Positions 21,006 through 29,773 of a DNA stretch of 64,000 bases are shown here, piece after piece. Each line of letters starts with the position of its first letter. Positions within the stretch are counted from its first letter, which is position 1. The DNA is from Dehalococcoidia bacterium (lineage in GTDB: Bacteria > Chloroflexota > Dehalococcoidia > Bin125): assembly GCA_963662615.2 (NCBI GenBank), contig CAXXSR010000001.1, positions 864,001-928,000 on the forward strand, read 5' to 3'. The notes beneath the pieces are model-generated. The model had not been told where the DNA came from. It did not search any database and saw nothing but the letters and a program-made list of their open reading frames with translations. The translations under genes were made by a program, and so were the position numbers.

Positions 21006-21902
21006 ATGCGAGGCATCGCGACGATCGATTGCATGGTGGGGCTGGCGCGGCCGGGGGCGGAGCTGAGCGTGGCGCAGGCGAGCCGGCGGGCGTCGCTGCC
21101 GCACATGATCGCCGAGGGCTGGCTGCGCGACGCCGAGAGCGCCGCCTCCGACCATCCGGCCGGGCACTTCTTCAAGGGGGTGAGCGAGCGCATCCAGGGC
21201 ACCAGCGTGGAGGAGCTGGTGACGCTGATGGACGAGGTCGGGATTGAACGCGGCCTCGTGGAGTGCGACCTGGACGAGCCGCGGCCGGTCTTGGACGTCG
21301 TCGCCAGGCACCCGAGCCGCTTCTTCGTCACTGTGGCCGTGAATCCGTTCTTGGGCATGCCCGAGTTGCGCAAGCTGGAGGCGCTGGTGCGGAGCGAGAG
21401 CGCCGTGAAGGCCTGCACGGTGACGGGCTTTCGCATCCAGCGCCCCTACAACGACAAGATCTACTGGCCGCTGTACGCGAAGTGCGTGGAGCTGGACCTG
21501 CCGGTGATCTGCTACGTGGGCTTGCCGGGGCCGCGCGTGCCGGGCGACGTGCAGAACCCGATGCACCTGGATGAGGTGCTGTGGTTCTTCCCCGAGCTGA
21601 AGGTGGTGATGCGGCACGGGGGCGAGCCCTGGCAGTTCGAGTGCGTGAAGCTGATGCTGAAGTGGCCCAACCTCTACTACTCCACGTCGGGGTTCGCGCC
21701 CAAGCACTATCCCAAAGAGGTGATGTACTTCGCCAACACGCGGGGGTCGCGGCAGGTGATGTACGCGGGCTACTGGCCGGGCCTGGACCTGCGCCGCATC
21801 GCCAACGAGATCGAGACGGAGCTGGATCTGCGCGACGGTGTCTGGCCGCTTTTCTTGCGGGAGAATGCGATGCGCATCTTCAAGCTGGACGGGGCGGGCT
21901 AA
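21006..21902 (+). CDS. amidohydrolase_2 family protein
   Basis: YWPLYAKCVELDLP, FPELKVVMRHGGEPW, PNLYYSTSG; GGAGG RBS. Confidence 0.85.
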   Translation: MRGIATIDCMVGLARPGAELSVAQASRRASLPHMIAEGWLRDAESAASDHPAGHFFKGVSERIQGTSVEELVTLMDEVGIERGLVECDLDEPRPVLDVVARHPSRFFVTVAVNPFLGMPELRKLEALVRSESAVKACTVTGFRIQRPYNDKIYWPLYAKCVELDLPVICYVGLPGPRVPGDVQNPMHLDEVLWFFPELKVVMRHGGEPWQFECVKLMLKWPNLYYSTSGFAPKHYPKEVMYFANTRGSRQVMYAGYWPGLDLRRIANEIETELDLRDGVWPLFLRENAMRIFKLDGAG

Positions 21903-23128
21903 GAGATCGGCGTGTCGGGGCCGACGGCCTCCAGGACGTCGCGGACACGGGCGACGAAGGCCGCCGCGGTGGCCCCGTCCAGGGCGCGATGGTCGAAGGA
22001 GAGGCAGAGGTTCATCATTGAGCGCACGGCGATGGCGTCGTGCTCCAGGACGCGGGGCCGCTTGACGATCGCTTCGGTGGTGAGGATGGCGACCTGGGGC
22101 GAGTTGATGATGGGCGCCGAGGCGACGGCGCCGAAGGAGCCGGTATTGTCGATGGTGAAGGTGCCGCCCTGCACGTCGTCCAGCCTGAGCCGCTTGTGCC
22201 GCGCCCGCTCCGCCAGGTCGGCGATGGCGACGGCCAGCGCGGCGACGTTGAGGCGGTCGGCGTGCTTGATCACGGGGACGAGCAGCCCGGCCTCCGTGTC
22301 CACGGCGACTCCCAGGTTGACGGCGCCGCGCTGCACGAGGTCGTCGCCGGCCCAGGTGGCGTTGAGGATGGGGAAGTCGCGCAGGGCCTGGGCCGCGGCC
22401 TGGGCGGCGAAGGCGAGGTAGCTGATGTCGGCGCCCTGGCGGCGGCGGAAGTCGTCCTTGTGGCGCCGGCGCAAGCGGACCAGCTCGGTGACGTCGGCCT
22501 CCATCAGCAGCCAGGCGTGGGGGGCGCTGCGCACGCTTTCCAGCATGTGCTGGGCGATGCGGCGTCGGGTGGGGGTGAAGGCGACGACGGTGTCGGCCTC
22601 CACCGTTGTCTCTTCGACCCTTCGACTGGGCTCAGGACGAGCGGGTAGCTGCTGGACGGCGGCGAGGACGTCCTTGCGGGTGACGCGGCCGGCGGCGCCG
22701 CTGCCGGTCAGGGTGGCGGGATCGATGCCGTGCTCGGCGGCCAGGCGCGCGACGGCGGGGGAGAAGCGCCGTCCGGGGCGGGTCGGGGTCGGGGGCGTTC
22801 GCCCTTCGATCCTTCCGCTCCCTGCGGTCGCAGAAGGACCTGCGGCGGGCTCCTTCCCTGGAGGGAAGGACAGGTCAGGACGAACGGGAGGTACCGCGCC
22901 GTCGATCTCGGCCAGCGGCGTCCCCACCGGCACCGTCTCGCCCTCGGGGACGAGGACGGCGCCGAGCGTGCCCGCGTAGGGCGAGGGGATCTCGACGTCG
23001 ACCTTTTCGGTCTCGACCTCGACCAGGGGCTCGTCCAACGCGACCGCGTCGCCGGGCTGTTTGAGCCACTTGATGATGGTGCCCTCGGTGACGCTCTCGC
23101 CGAGCTGGGGCATGGTCAGCGTGGCCAT
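21899..23128 (-). CDS. 2-oxoacid dehydrogenase E2 (dihydrolipoamide acyltransferase)
   Basis: MPQLGESVTEG/VETEKV lipoyl domain, SPAVARLA PSBD, FDHRALDG. Confidence 0.94.
   Translation of the reverse strand: MATLTMPQLGESVTEGTIIKWLKQPGDAVALDEPLVEVETEKVDVEIPSPYAGTLGAVLVPEGETVPVGTPLAEIDGAVPPVRPDLSFPPGKEPAAGPSATAGSGRIEGRTPPTPTRPGRRFSPAVARLAAEHGIDPATLTGSGAAGRVTRKDVLAAVQQLPARPEPSRRVEETTVEADTVVAFTPTRRRIAQHMLESVRSAPHAWLLMEADVTELVRLRRRHKDDFRRRQGADISYLAFAAQAAAQALRDFPILNATWAGDDLVQRGAVNLGVAVDTEAGLLVPVIKHADRLNVAALAVAIADLAERARHKRLRLDDVQGGTFTIDNTGSFGAVASAPIINSPQVAILTTEAIVKRPRVLEHDAIAVRSMMNLCLSFDHRALDGATAAAFVARVRDVLEAVGPDTPIS
22618..22645. repeat. REP-like half element inside the E2 linker
   Basis: CCCTTCGACTGGGCTCAGGACGAGCGGG resembles the 20847 element. 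Confidence 0.55.
22797..22888. repeat. composite REP-like element inside the E2 linker
   Basis: Same ends as the 20847 element, with two TCCTTC...GAAGGAC hairpins. Confidence 0.7.
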
Positions 23129-23178
23129 GGGCTGCGGCTCCCTCCCCCTTGCCGGTCTCCTTCGCGGACGGGCCGGCG

Positions 23179-24159
23179 CTAGTAGGCCGCCAGTTCGCGG
23201 GCGGCGGCGGCGATGCGCGCGGCGTTGGGCATGAAGGCCTCCTCCAGGGCGTGGTGGTAGCCCATGGCGGGCACGTCGGGGCCGGCGACGCGGACGATGG
23301 GGCCGTCGAGGTGGGCGAAGGCGCCTTCGGCGATCAGCGCCGCCACCTCGCCGCCGATGCCGCCGGTGAGGTGATCCTCGTGCACGATGACGACCTTGCC
23401 GGTGCCGCGGGCCGCGTCCAGGATCGCTTCCCGGTCCAGGGGCGCCACCGTGCGCAGGTCGAGCACGCGGCAGTCGATGCCGTCTTCGGCGAGCTGCTCG
23501 GCGGCGGCGAGGCTTTCGTGCAGCATCAAGCCGTAGCTGATGATCGCGACGTCGTCGCCGTCTCGCCGCAGCGTGGCCTCGCCGATGCGGGCAGGGGGCA
23601 GGTCGTCGGGGACCTCGTCGCGGATGAAGCGGTAGGTGCGCTTGTGCTCCAGGAAGATGACGGGGTCGGGGTCGGCGATGGCGGCGAGGAGGAGCGCCTT
23701 GGCGTCGGCGGGGGTGGCGGGCATGACGACCTTGAGCCCGGGGACGTGGGCGAAGAGCGCCTCCAGACTCTGCGAGTGGGAGAGGCCGCCGTGGACGCCG
23801 CCGCCGTAGGGCGCGCGCACGACCAGCGGCACCGGCCAGGCGCCGGCGCTGCGCCAGCACATCTTGGCCGCCTCCGAGATGAGCTGGTTCACGGCGGGCA
23901 GGATGAAGTCAACGAACTGGATCTCGACCACGGGGCGGAGGCCGCCGAGGGCCGCGCCGATGCCGGCGCCGACGAAGCCGGACTCGGCCAAGGGGGTGTC
24001 GAAGACGCGCTGGGGGCCGAACTCGTCGAGGAGTCCTTGGGTGACGCGGAAGACGCCGCCGACTTCCACGTCCTCGCCCAGGACGATGACGCGGTCGTCG
24101 GCCTGCATGGCCTCGCGCAGGGCGCTGCCGATCGCTTCGGCGACGGTCATGGTGGTCAC
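23179..24159 (-). CDS. 2-oxoacid dehydrogenase E1 beta
   Basis: GEDV, GGVFRVT, DTPLAE, EIQFVDF, HSQS, FLEHK. Confidence 0.94.
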   Translation of the reverse strand: MTTMTVAEAIGSALREAMQADDRVIVLGEDVEVGGVFRVTQGLLDEFGPQRVFDTPLAESGFVGAGIGAALGGLRPVVEIQFVDFILPAVNQLISEAAKMCWRSAGAWPVPLVVRAPYGGGVHGGLSHSQSLEALFAHVPGLKVVMPATPADAKALLLAAIADPDPVIFLEHKRTYRFIRDEVPDDLPPARIGEATLRRDGDDVAIISYGLMLHESLAAAEQLAEDGIDCRVLDLRTVAPLDREAILDAARGTGKVVIVHEDHLTGGIGGEVAALIAEGAFAHLDGPIVRVAGPDVPAMGYHHALEEAFMPNAARIAAAARELAAY

Positions 24160-25388
24160 GGGGCGCCGCCGAAGAGGTGATCGAGCAGGGTGGCGGGGTC
24201 GGGGTCGGGGGCGGCGGCGGCGCGCGCCTCGGCCGCGCGCACCTCCTCGTCCGCCTCGGTCGAGAGCTGGTCGGCATGCTCGTCGGAGAGGATGCCGTCG
24301 TCGAGGAGATTGCGGCGGAAGCGGTCGATGGGGTCGCGCTGAATCCAGAGCTCCAGCTCCTCGCGGGTGCGGTAGCGGCGGTCGTCGTCGTCGGAGGAGT
24401 GGGGCGTGGTGCGATAGGTCTTGGCCTCGATCAGCGTGGGCCCGCCGCCCATGCGCGCCTCCTGCACGGCCTGCTGCATGGTGCGGTAGACGAGGAGGAG
24501 GTCGTTGCCGTCGACGACGACGCCGTTGACGCCGTAGCCGGCGGCGCGGTCGGCCACATCGCGGATCACCATCTCTTTCTCCTGGGCCTCGGTGATGGCG
24601 TAGCCGTTGTTCTCGACGACGACGATCAGCGGCAGGCGCTGGACGGCGGCGAAGTTGAGCCCTTCGTGGAAATCGCCCTGGGAGGTGCCGCCTTCGCCGA
24701 TGTAGACGGCGGCGACGCTGTCCTCGCCGCGCAGCTTGGCGGCCCAGGCGAGCCCGGCGGCGATGGGCACTTGCGTGCCCACGACGCTGGACTGGGAGGG
24801 GATGCGCAGCTCCTTGGAGCTCCAGTGGGCGGGCATCTGGCGGCCGGCGCTGTTGGGGTTGGTGGCCTTGGCGAAGACGTCGAGCATGAGGTCGTCGACG
24901 GTCATGCCCATCGTCAGGACCACGCCGATGTCGCGGTAATAGGGCATCACCCAGTCCTTGCCCGGCGTCAGAGCCGCGGCCGTCCCCACCTGCGTGGCCT
25001 CATGGCCCTGACCGCTGATCACGAAGGGGGCGCGGCCCTGGCGGTTCAGCGTGAACCAGCGCTCGCCCACCTTGCGGGCCAGCAGCATGAGGTGCCAGAG
25101 CTCCACCAGCGCCTCGCTGGAGAGACCGAAGTGGGGATGGGTCTCGCCGCCGCGGCCGGCTGCGCGGCCAGTTGTGCGCTTGCCCCTTGCTTGTGCGCTC
25201 TTCTTGGGCGGTTTGGCGGGCGCCTTCGGCACCGTCTTCCGCACCGTCTTCGGCGATGCCTTCCCTGCCGTGGAGCGGGTCCCGCTGCGCGCCGATGCCG
25301 ACTGCGCCGAAGTCGACCGCGAAGAAGCCGACCGCGAAGAAGCCGACCGCGAAGAAGCCGACCGCGAAGAAGCCGACCGCGCCGCCAT
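24156..25388 (-). CDS. 2-oxoacid (probably branched-chain) dehydrogenase E1 alpha with basic N-terminal extension
   Basis: GRQMPAH, GEGGTSQGDFHE...NN TPP motif, YRTTPHSSDDD; GGAGAGG RBS. Confidence 0.93.
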   Translation of the reverse strand: MAARSASSRSASSRSASSRSASSRSTSAQSASARSGTRSTAGKASPKTVRKTVPKAPAKPPKKSAQARGKRTTGRAAGRGGETHPHFGLSSEALVELWHLMLLARKVGERWFTLNRQGRAPFVISGQGHEATQVGTAAALTPGKDWVMPYYRDIGVVLTMGMTVDDLMLDVFAKATNPNSAGRQMPAHWSSKELRIPSQSSVVGTQVPIAAGLAWAAKLRGEDSVAAVYIGEGGTSQGDFHEGLNFAAVQRLPLIVVVENNGYAITEAQEKEMVIRDVADRAAGYGVNGVVVDGNDLLLVYRTMQQAVQEARMGGGPTLIEAKTYRTTPHSSDDDDRRYRTREELELWIQRDPIDRFRRNLLDDGILSDEHADQLSTEADEEVRAAEARAAAAPDPDPATLLDHLFGGAP

Positions 25389-25416
25389 GCCTCTCCGCCT
25401 TTCCTGCCCGCCCAGC

Positions 25417-25572
25417 CTACGCCGACTTCAGGGCGCGGGGGCGGAGCTGGGGCCGCGAGGCCGCCGGCGCCGCTGGGGCGACCGTCTCGCTTAGGCTGGG
25501 CTGCGGCTGCACGGCGGTGAACTCGCCCCAACCGCCGATGACGAGCGAGTCGAACTGCGCCAGGCTTTTCAT
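25417..25572 (-). pseudogene. possible vestige of a dihydrolipoamide dehydrogenase (E3) N-terminus
   Basis: MKSLAQFDSLVIGGWG resembles the FDxxVIGGG FAD-binding start; sits directly upstream of E1 alpha. Confidence 0.35.
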
Positions 25573-25741
25573 GATACCGGGCGATCTCGGGCGGGCAGGG
25601 GGCCCGGCGCAACTGCCCGGGGCGCGCGGCCGGCGGGGACACCCGGCATGCGCGCGGGCACGAGCGCGAGCGCCTGCTCTATCCTCTGCGCGCCGCACGG
25701 CGGGCGGTGACCGCGCGGCTCCTAGTGAGGGGGGAGGGATC

Positions 25742-26770
25742 ATGGCGACACGAATCGGCATCATTGGGGCGGGCGCCATCGGCTCGCTCGTGGGGGGGAT
25801 GCTGAGCAAGGCCGGGCGCGACGTCACGTTGGTCGATCCCTGGCCCGCGCACGTCGAGAAGATGAAGCGCGACGGCCTCCACCTCTCGGGGTCGCTGGGC
25901 GACTTCACGATTCCGGTGCGCGCCCTCCACATCTCCGATCTCCAAGGGGTGGCCGAGCCGTTCAATCTGGCCTTCGTGGCGGTCAAGTCGTACGACACGG
26001 ACTGGGCCACGACGCTGATCGCCCCCTTCGTCGCCGACGATGGGGCGGTGGTGTCCGCGCAGAACGGGATCAACGACGATCGCGTGGCGGCGATCGCCGG
26101 GCGCGAGCGCACGCTGGGCTGTGTGATCACGCTGGGCGCCGGCCTCTCTGAGCCCGGGCACGCCGTGCGCACCGACAGCAACGCCGTGGGCTTTCGCGTC
26201 GGCGAGCTGGACGGGAAGGAGACGGAGCGGGCCGGCGAGATCGCGGCGGTGCTCAGCGACGTCGCCAAGACGGTCGTGACCACGAACCTGTGGGGCGAGC
26301 GCTGGGCGAAGCTGGCCACGAACTGCATGGCCAACCCCATTGCCGGGCTGACGGGCTACGGCTCGGCCGAGCTGCGTCGCAGGCCGGAGACACGACGGGT
26401 GAGTATCCAGATCGCCGCTGAGGTGATCCGCGTGGGGCGCGCGCTGGGGCACCACGTGGAGACGGTGTCCGGCATGGAACCGGATCGTCTGCTGGACGCG
26501 GCCGAGGGGTGGGGGCTGGCGGAGCTGGAGGCGCAGATGGAGGAGGGTGCGGCGCGGCTGGGCGAGGGGCGCCCTTCGTTCCTGCAGGACGTGATGCGAG
26601 GGCGGCGCACGGAGATCGATTTCCTCAACGGCTACGTGTCGGAGCAGGGTCGCAAGGTCGCCATCGCCACGCCGTTCAACGACGGCGTGGTGAAAGCGGT
26701 GCACGCCTTCCCGGTGGGCTCGCTTGTGCCGGACCCCAAGAACCTGGAGTCCGTGGCCGCGCTGCTGTAA
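25742..26770 (+). CDS. ketopantoate reductase (PanE/ApbA) family
   Basis: GAGAIG, VKSYDT, QNG, WAKL, SFLQD..RGRRTEIDFLNG. Confidence 0.9.
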   Translation: MATRIGIIGAGAIGSLVGGMLSKAGRDVTLVDPWPAHVEKMKRDGLHLSGSLGDFTIPVRALHISDLQGVAEPFNLAFVAVKSYDTDWATTLIAPFVADDGAVVSAQNGINDDRVAAIAGRERTLGCVITLGAGLSEPGHAVRTDSNAVGFRVGELDGKETERAGEIAAVLSDVAKTVVTTNLWGERWAKLATNCMANPIAGLTGYGSAELRRRPETRRVSIQIAAEVIRVGRALGHHVETVSGMEPDRLLDAAEGWGLAELEAQMEEGAARLGEGRPSFLQDVMRGRRTEIDFLNGYVSEQGRKVAIATPFNDGVVKAVHAFPVGSLVPDPKNLESVAALL

Positions 26771-26802
26771 GCGCAGGCCGCGCAGCCCCCGAAGTGGGGG
26801 CG

Positions 26803-27453
26803 CTATGAACCGGCGCGTGGAGCCGCGGAGTCGTCCCCGCCTCGGCGCGCTGCTCTGCGCATGAAGCGGGCGGCGACGGCGAGGGCGAGTGCGCCCCCGG
26901 CGGCGGCGAAAAGACGCGGGGCCGGCCGTAGCCGGGTGGGCGCCGGGGGGCTGGGGATGGCGGCGCGCGCTTGGGGGCTGGCGGCGTTCCGGCGCGCGAG
27001 TTCCAGCCGCAGACTCTCCTCTCCCGTGGCCATGGCCCAGCGATGATTCGCCGCGAACACCGGCTTGAGGAGAGGGGAGAGGGCGCGTAGCAGCATCTTG
27101 CGGGCGCGGATGCGCCAGTCATAGGTGACGTCCACGAAGGGGCCGTCCTGCTCGAAGGTCCAGACGCCCCGGCCCACGAAATCGCCCCAGGCCTCCAGCG
27201 CGAAGCCGTGGGGGCGGTCCACGTCCGTAACGCGGAAGCGCCAGCGCAGCGTGTAGGGCAGCCAGCCCTTCGTATAGAGATCGATCACGCGGCCGATGCC
27301 GCGGTCGTCGCCGGGCTCCAGCTCGCGGACGTCCAGGTAGACGGCGGGCCACCAGCGGGGGAGATCGGTGGCGTCGCCAAGGGTGTCGGCGACCTCCTCG
27401 GCCGTGCCCTGCAGGCGCCAGCGCGTAACGAAGTGGTAGTCGTTGGAGGGCAT
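26803..27453 (-). CDS. SRPBCC/polyketide cyclase family protein
   Basis: YHFVTRWR, PRWWP, LPYTLRW, GDFVGRGVW, ANHRWAM. Confidence 0.8.
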   Translation of the reverse strand: MPSNDYHFVTRWRLQGTAEEVADTLGDATDLPRWWPAVYLDVRELEPGDDRGIGRVIDLYTKGWLPYTLRWRFRVTDVDRPHGFALEAWGDFVGRGVWTFEQDGPFVDVTYDWRIRARKMLLRALSPLLKPVFAANHRWAMATGEESLRLELARRNAASPQARAAIPSPPAPTRLRPAPRLFAAAGGALALAVAARFMRRAARRGGDDSAAPRAGS

Positions 27454-27704
27454 GCGCACCTCAATACCGCGGGGTAAAACCGCCGGGTGTTACCGCCGGG
27501 TCGGCGTCCGAGTGAGGATAGCGCCGGCTGCAGGCGCCCTCTCAGACGGGAGCCCGCCGCGGCCGTCGGCGGCGGGGCATGCCGTAGACTGTGGCGACTC
27601 CGGGAGCTGCGGGCGCGGACCGTCCGGGGGCGGGCCGTCTGCCTTGCGGCCCGGCCGTCACGAACAGGCCGTCACGAACAGGCCGTCGCGAACAGGAGGA
27701 GATC

Positions 27705-28142
27705 GTGATCACGGGGATGAATCACACAGGCTTCGTGGTGAAGGACCTTGAGGGCACCATCGCCTTCTATCGCGACGTGATGGGGCTGACGGTGGATGAC
27801 CCGATCGTGCGGCAAGGCGCGCCTATCTCTCAGGTCGTGGGCTACGAACACACGCACTTGATCCGCGCTTTCCTCCACTTCGGCGACGGCCATAACCTGG
27901 AGCTGCTGCAGTACTATCATCCGCCCAGCGGGGAGCGGCCCGCCGCCAGCGCGGAGCGCAACACGATCGGCGCGAGCCATCTCGCCTTCGACGTGGACGA
28001 CATTGAGGCGACGTATCAAGATCTGGTGGGACGAGGCGCGCGCGGGCTGAAGCCGCCGGCGGAAGTGGCGCCGGGCCGCAAGGCTTGTTACCTGCAGGAC
28101 CCGGACGGCAACTGGATCGAGCTGGTCGAGTTCCACGGGTAA
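27705..28142 (+). CDS. VOC/glyoxalase family protein
   Basis: HTGFVVKDLE, FYRDVMG, HLAFDVDDI, QDPDGNWIELVE; AGGAGG RBS. Confidence 0.9.
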   Translation: MITGMNHTGFVVKDLEGTIAFYRDVMGLTVDDPIVRQGAPISQVVGYEHTHLIRAFLHFGDGHNLELLQYYHPPSGERPAASAERNTIGASHLAFDVDDIEATYQDLVGRGARGLKPPAEVAPGRKACYLQDPDGNWIELVEFHG

Positions 28143-28303
28143 GGCGCTGCCGGGGCGCACGGCAGCGTTGCGCCCGGGAGCGTTGCGCCCGGGCGCGGTG
28201 GCGCCGTTGCCCCCGGCCGCTTTGGCGCCGCCTGATGCGGGCGCGCCGCCTGATGCGGACGCCGCGACGATGGCGAGACCGGCCTCGTTGAGACGAGACC
28301 GGC

Positions 28304-28765
28304 CTAGCTGGGGTAGGTATCCGCCGGCTGCGCGTGATCGTCGCCGAAACTGTGCGCCAGCGCCCGCAAGTAGCGATTGATCTCCCGCGTGTGTCCACCG
28401 CGGTAGCGGCTGACGAGGCGCATCACGGGGTTCTGCACCCAGCCGTCTTCCGTAATCACCAGGCGACACCCGGTCCCGGCTTCCTCCAGCGTGAAGCGCC
28501 ACTCGCCGCCAAAGGCGCCGGGATCGGCGATGCGCCGAACGAGGCGGCGGGGCCGCTCTTCCTCCACCGTCTCCATGAGCAGGTCGCCTTCTCGCCAGAC
28601 GGGACGATCATCCCGATCGGCGACGCGATGCACGCCCTGGAGCTTGGGCCGCCAGTCGGGCGAGTTGGCGTAGTCGGTGATGCGTGCCCAGACGGCGTCG
28701 TGGTTCTGGGCGATCTGGATCGTGCGCGCCACCCGATGCTCACGCGCTGGTAAGAGAGAAGGCAT
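28304..28765 (-). CDS. SRPBCC family protein (possibly N-terminally truncated)
   Basis: VWARITD..PDWRP, FGGEWRF, ITEDGWVQNP. Confidence 0.75.
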   Translation of the reverse strand: MPSLLPAREHRVARTIQIAQNHDAVWARITDYANSPDWRPKLQGVHRVADRDDRPVWREGDLLMETVEEERPRRLVRRIADPGAFGGEWRFTLEEAGTGCRLVITEDGWVQNPVMRLVSRYRGGHTREINRYLRALAHSFGDDHAQPADTYPS

Positions 28766-28932
28766 GGCGAGATCCCCTTTCGTCTGCACGCCGCGGCGCA
28801 CTCATTGCGAAAGGGCGCCCGCCGGCGCGGGTGTAGTCTACAGCGCGCGGCGGATCGCTGGATCGGCCGCGCGAGCCGCGGGGGATCGTGCGTCGATATC
28901 GCCCTGGCTCCCCCGCGCGAGGTGCGGCGGCG

Positions 28933-29433
28933 CTACCCGAGCCCAAAGGCGACGTTGAGCCGGCCCCGGAAGAGGAAGCTGCCCACGGCCCAGCCCAATT
29001 CGAGGATCTCGGGTTCGCTGTAGTGGCGCCGAAGCTGCTCGAAGAACTCGTCGTCGATTCCACGCGGATCGTAAGCGAACAGCTCGGCGAAGCGGAGGGC
29101 GACCTTCTCGCGATCGCTGAAATCCTCGTTCTCGAAGTTGGCGAGCTTGCTGATCCGCTCCTCGGCCGCGACCTGCTTCTCGTCCAGAGAAGCGCGCAGA
29201 CCGAGTCAATACGAGCAGTCGTTGAGCTCCGCGAGCTTGAGGCGCACCAGCTCCTTCAGCTCCGGCTCCAGGCGGCCGCCGGTTCGCAAGGGAGTCATGA
29301 ACGCGGTGAATGACTTGAGAAAGTCCGGGGCTTGGGCAAACATGCGAATCTCGGTGTCGCCATCCGAGCCGTCCAGCCAGGAGCGCACTTCAGGGTCCAT
29401 CTCGTCATCGGCGAGGAGGCGCAATCGTGCCAT
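28933..29433 (-). CDS. AhpD-like / carboxymuconolactone decarboxylase family, probable selenoprotein (CxxU)
   Basis: LKELVRLKLAELNDCSY, then TGA (29206-29208), then open frame FSDREKVALRFAE..LRRHYSEPEILEL to TAG; SECIS-like hairpin follows the UGA. Confidence 0.85.
29170..29205 (-). promoter_or_regulatory. bacterial SECIS-like hairpin
   Basis: GCTTCTC-TGGAC-GAGAAGC stem-loop beginning 12 nt after the in-frame UGA; G near the start of the loop. Confidence 0.6.
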
Positions 29434-29551
29434 GGCGGGGGACTCCGTTGCAGGCTAGAAGCGGACCCGACATCTGCCGGGCAGGTGCTCGGGAGTCTAG
29501 TCCGGTTGGCCGCACAAGTCAGTCTTTATTGAGGCTACCAGCGGCGCCATC

Positions 29552-29773
29552 GTGCTGGTGGCGCCGGTCGCGAGCCTGTTGGAGTACGCGTTGGAGCGGA
29601 ACGGCCGCTCCGAGATCGTCCTGGTCTCCCCGGACGAGCTGGAGCAGCTGCAATGTTGGAGTTGGTGGAGACGGGGGGGGCCGTCCTCCGCCACTCCACC
29701 AGGGCTCTGGGTTCCGTACCCGGTCAAGCGTGAGTGGGGCGCATACGCCATCGCCTGGAAGCAGGCGGCGTGA
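29552..29773 (+). CDS. small hypothetical or 5'-truncated ORF coupled to the recombinase
   Basis: TGATG stop/start overlap with the ORF at 29773. Confidence 0.35.
   Translation: MLVAPVASLLEYALERNGRSEIVLVSPDELEQLQCWSWWRRGGPSSATPPGLWVPYPVKREWGAYAIAWKQAA

Noticed and set aside
23129-23860. 653-aa extended E2 ORF
   Set aside because: The extension overlaps E1 beta; the real start is MATLTMPQ at 23128 with a GGAGG RBS
29206-29208. TGA as a true stop or pseudogene lesion
   Set aside because: It falls on the redox Cys position, the downstream frame is intact, and a hairpin follows
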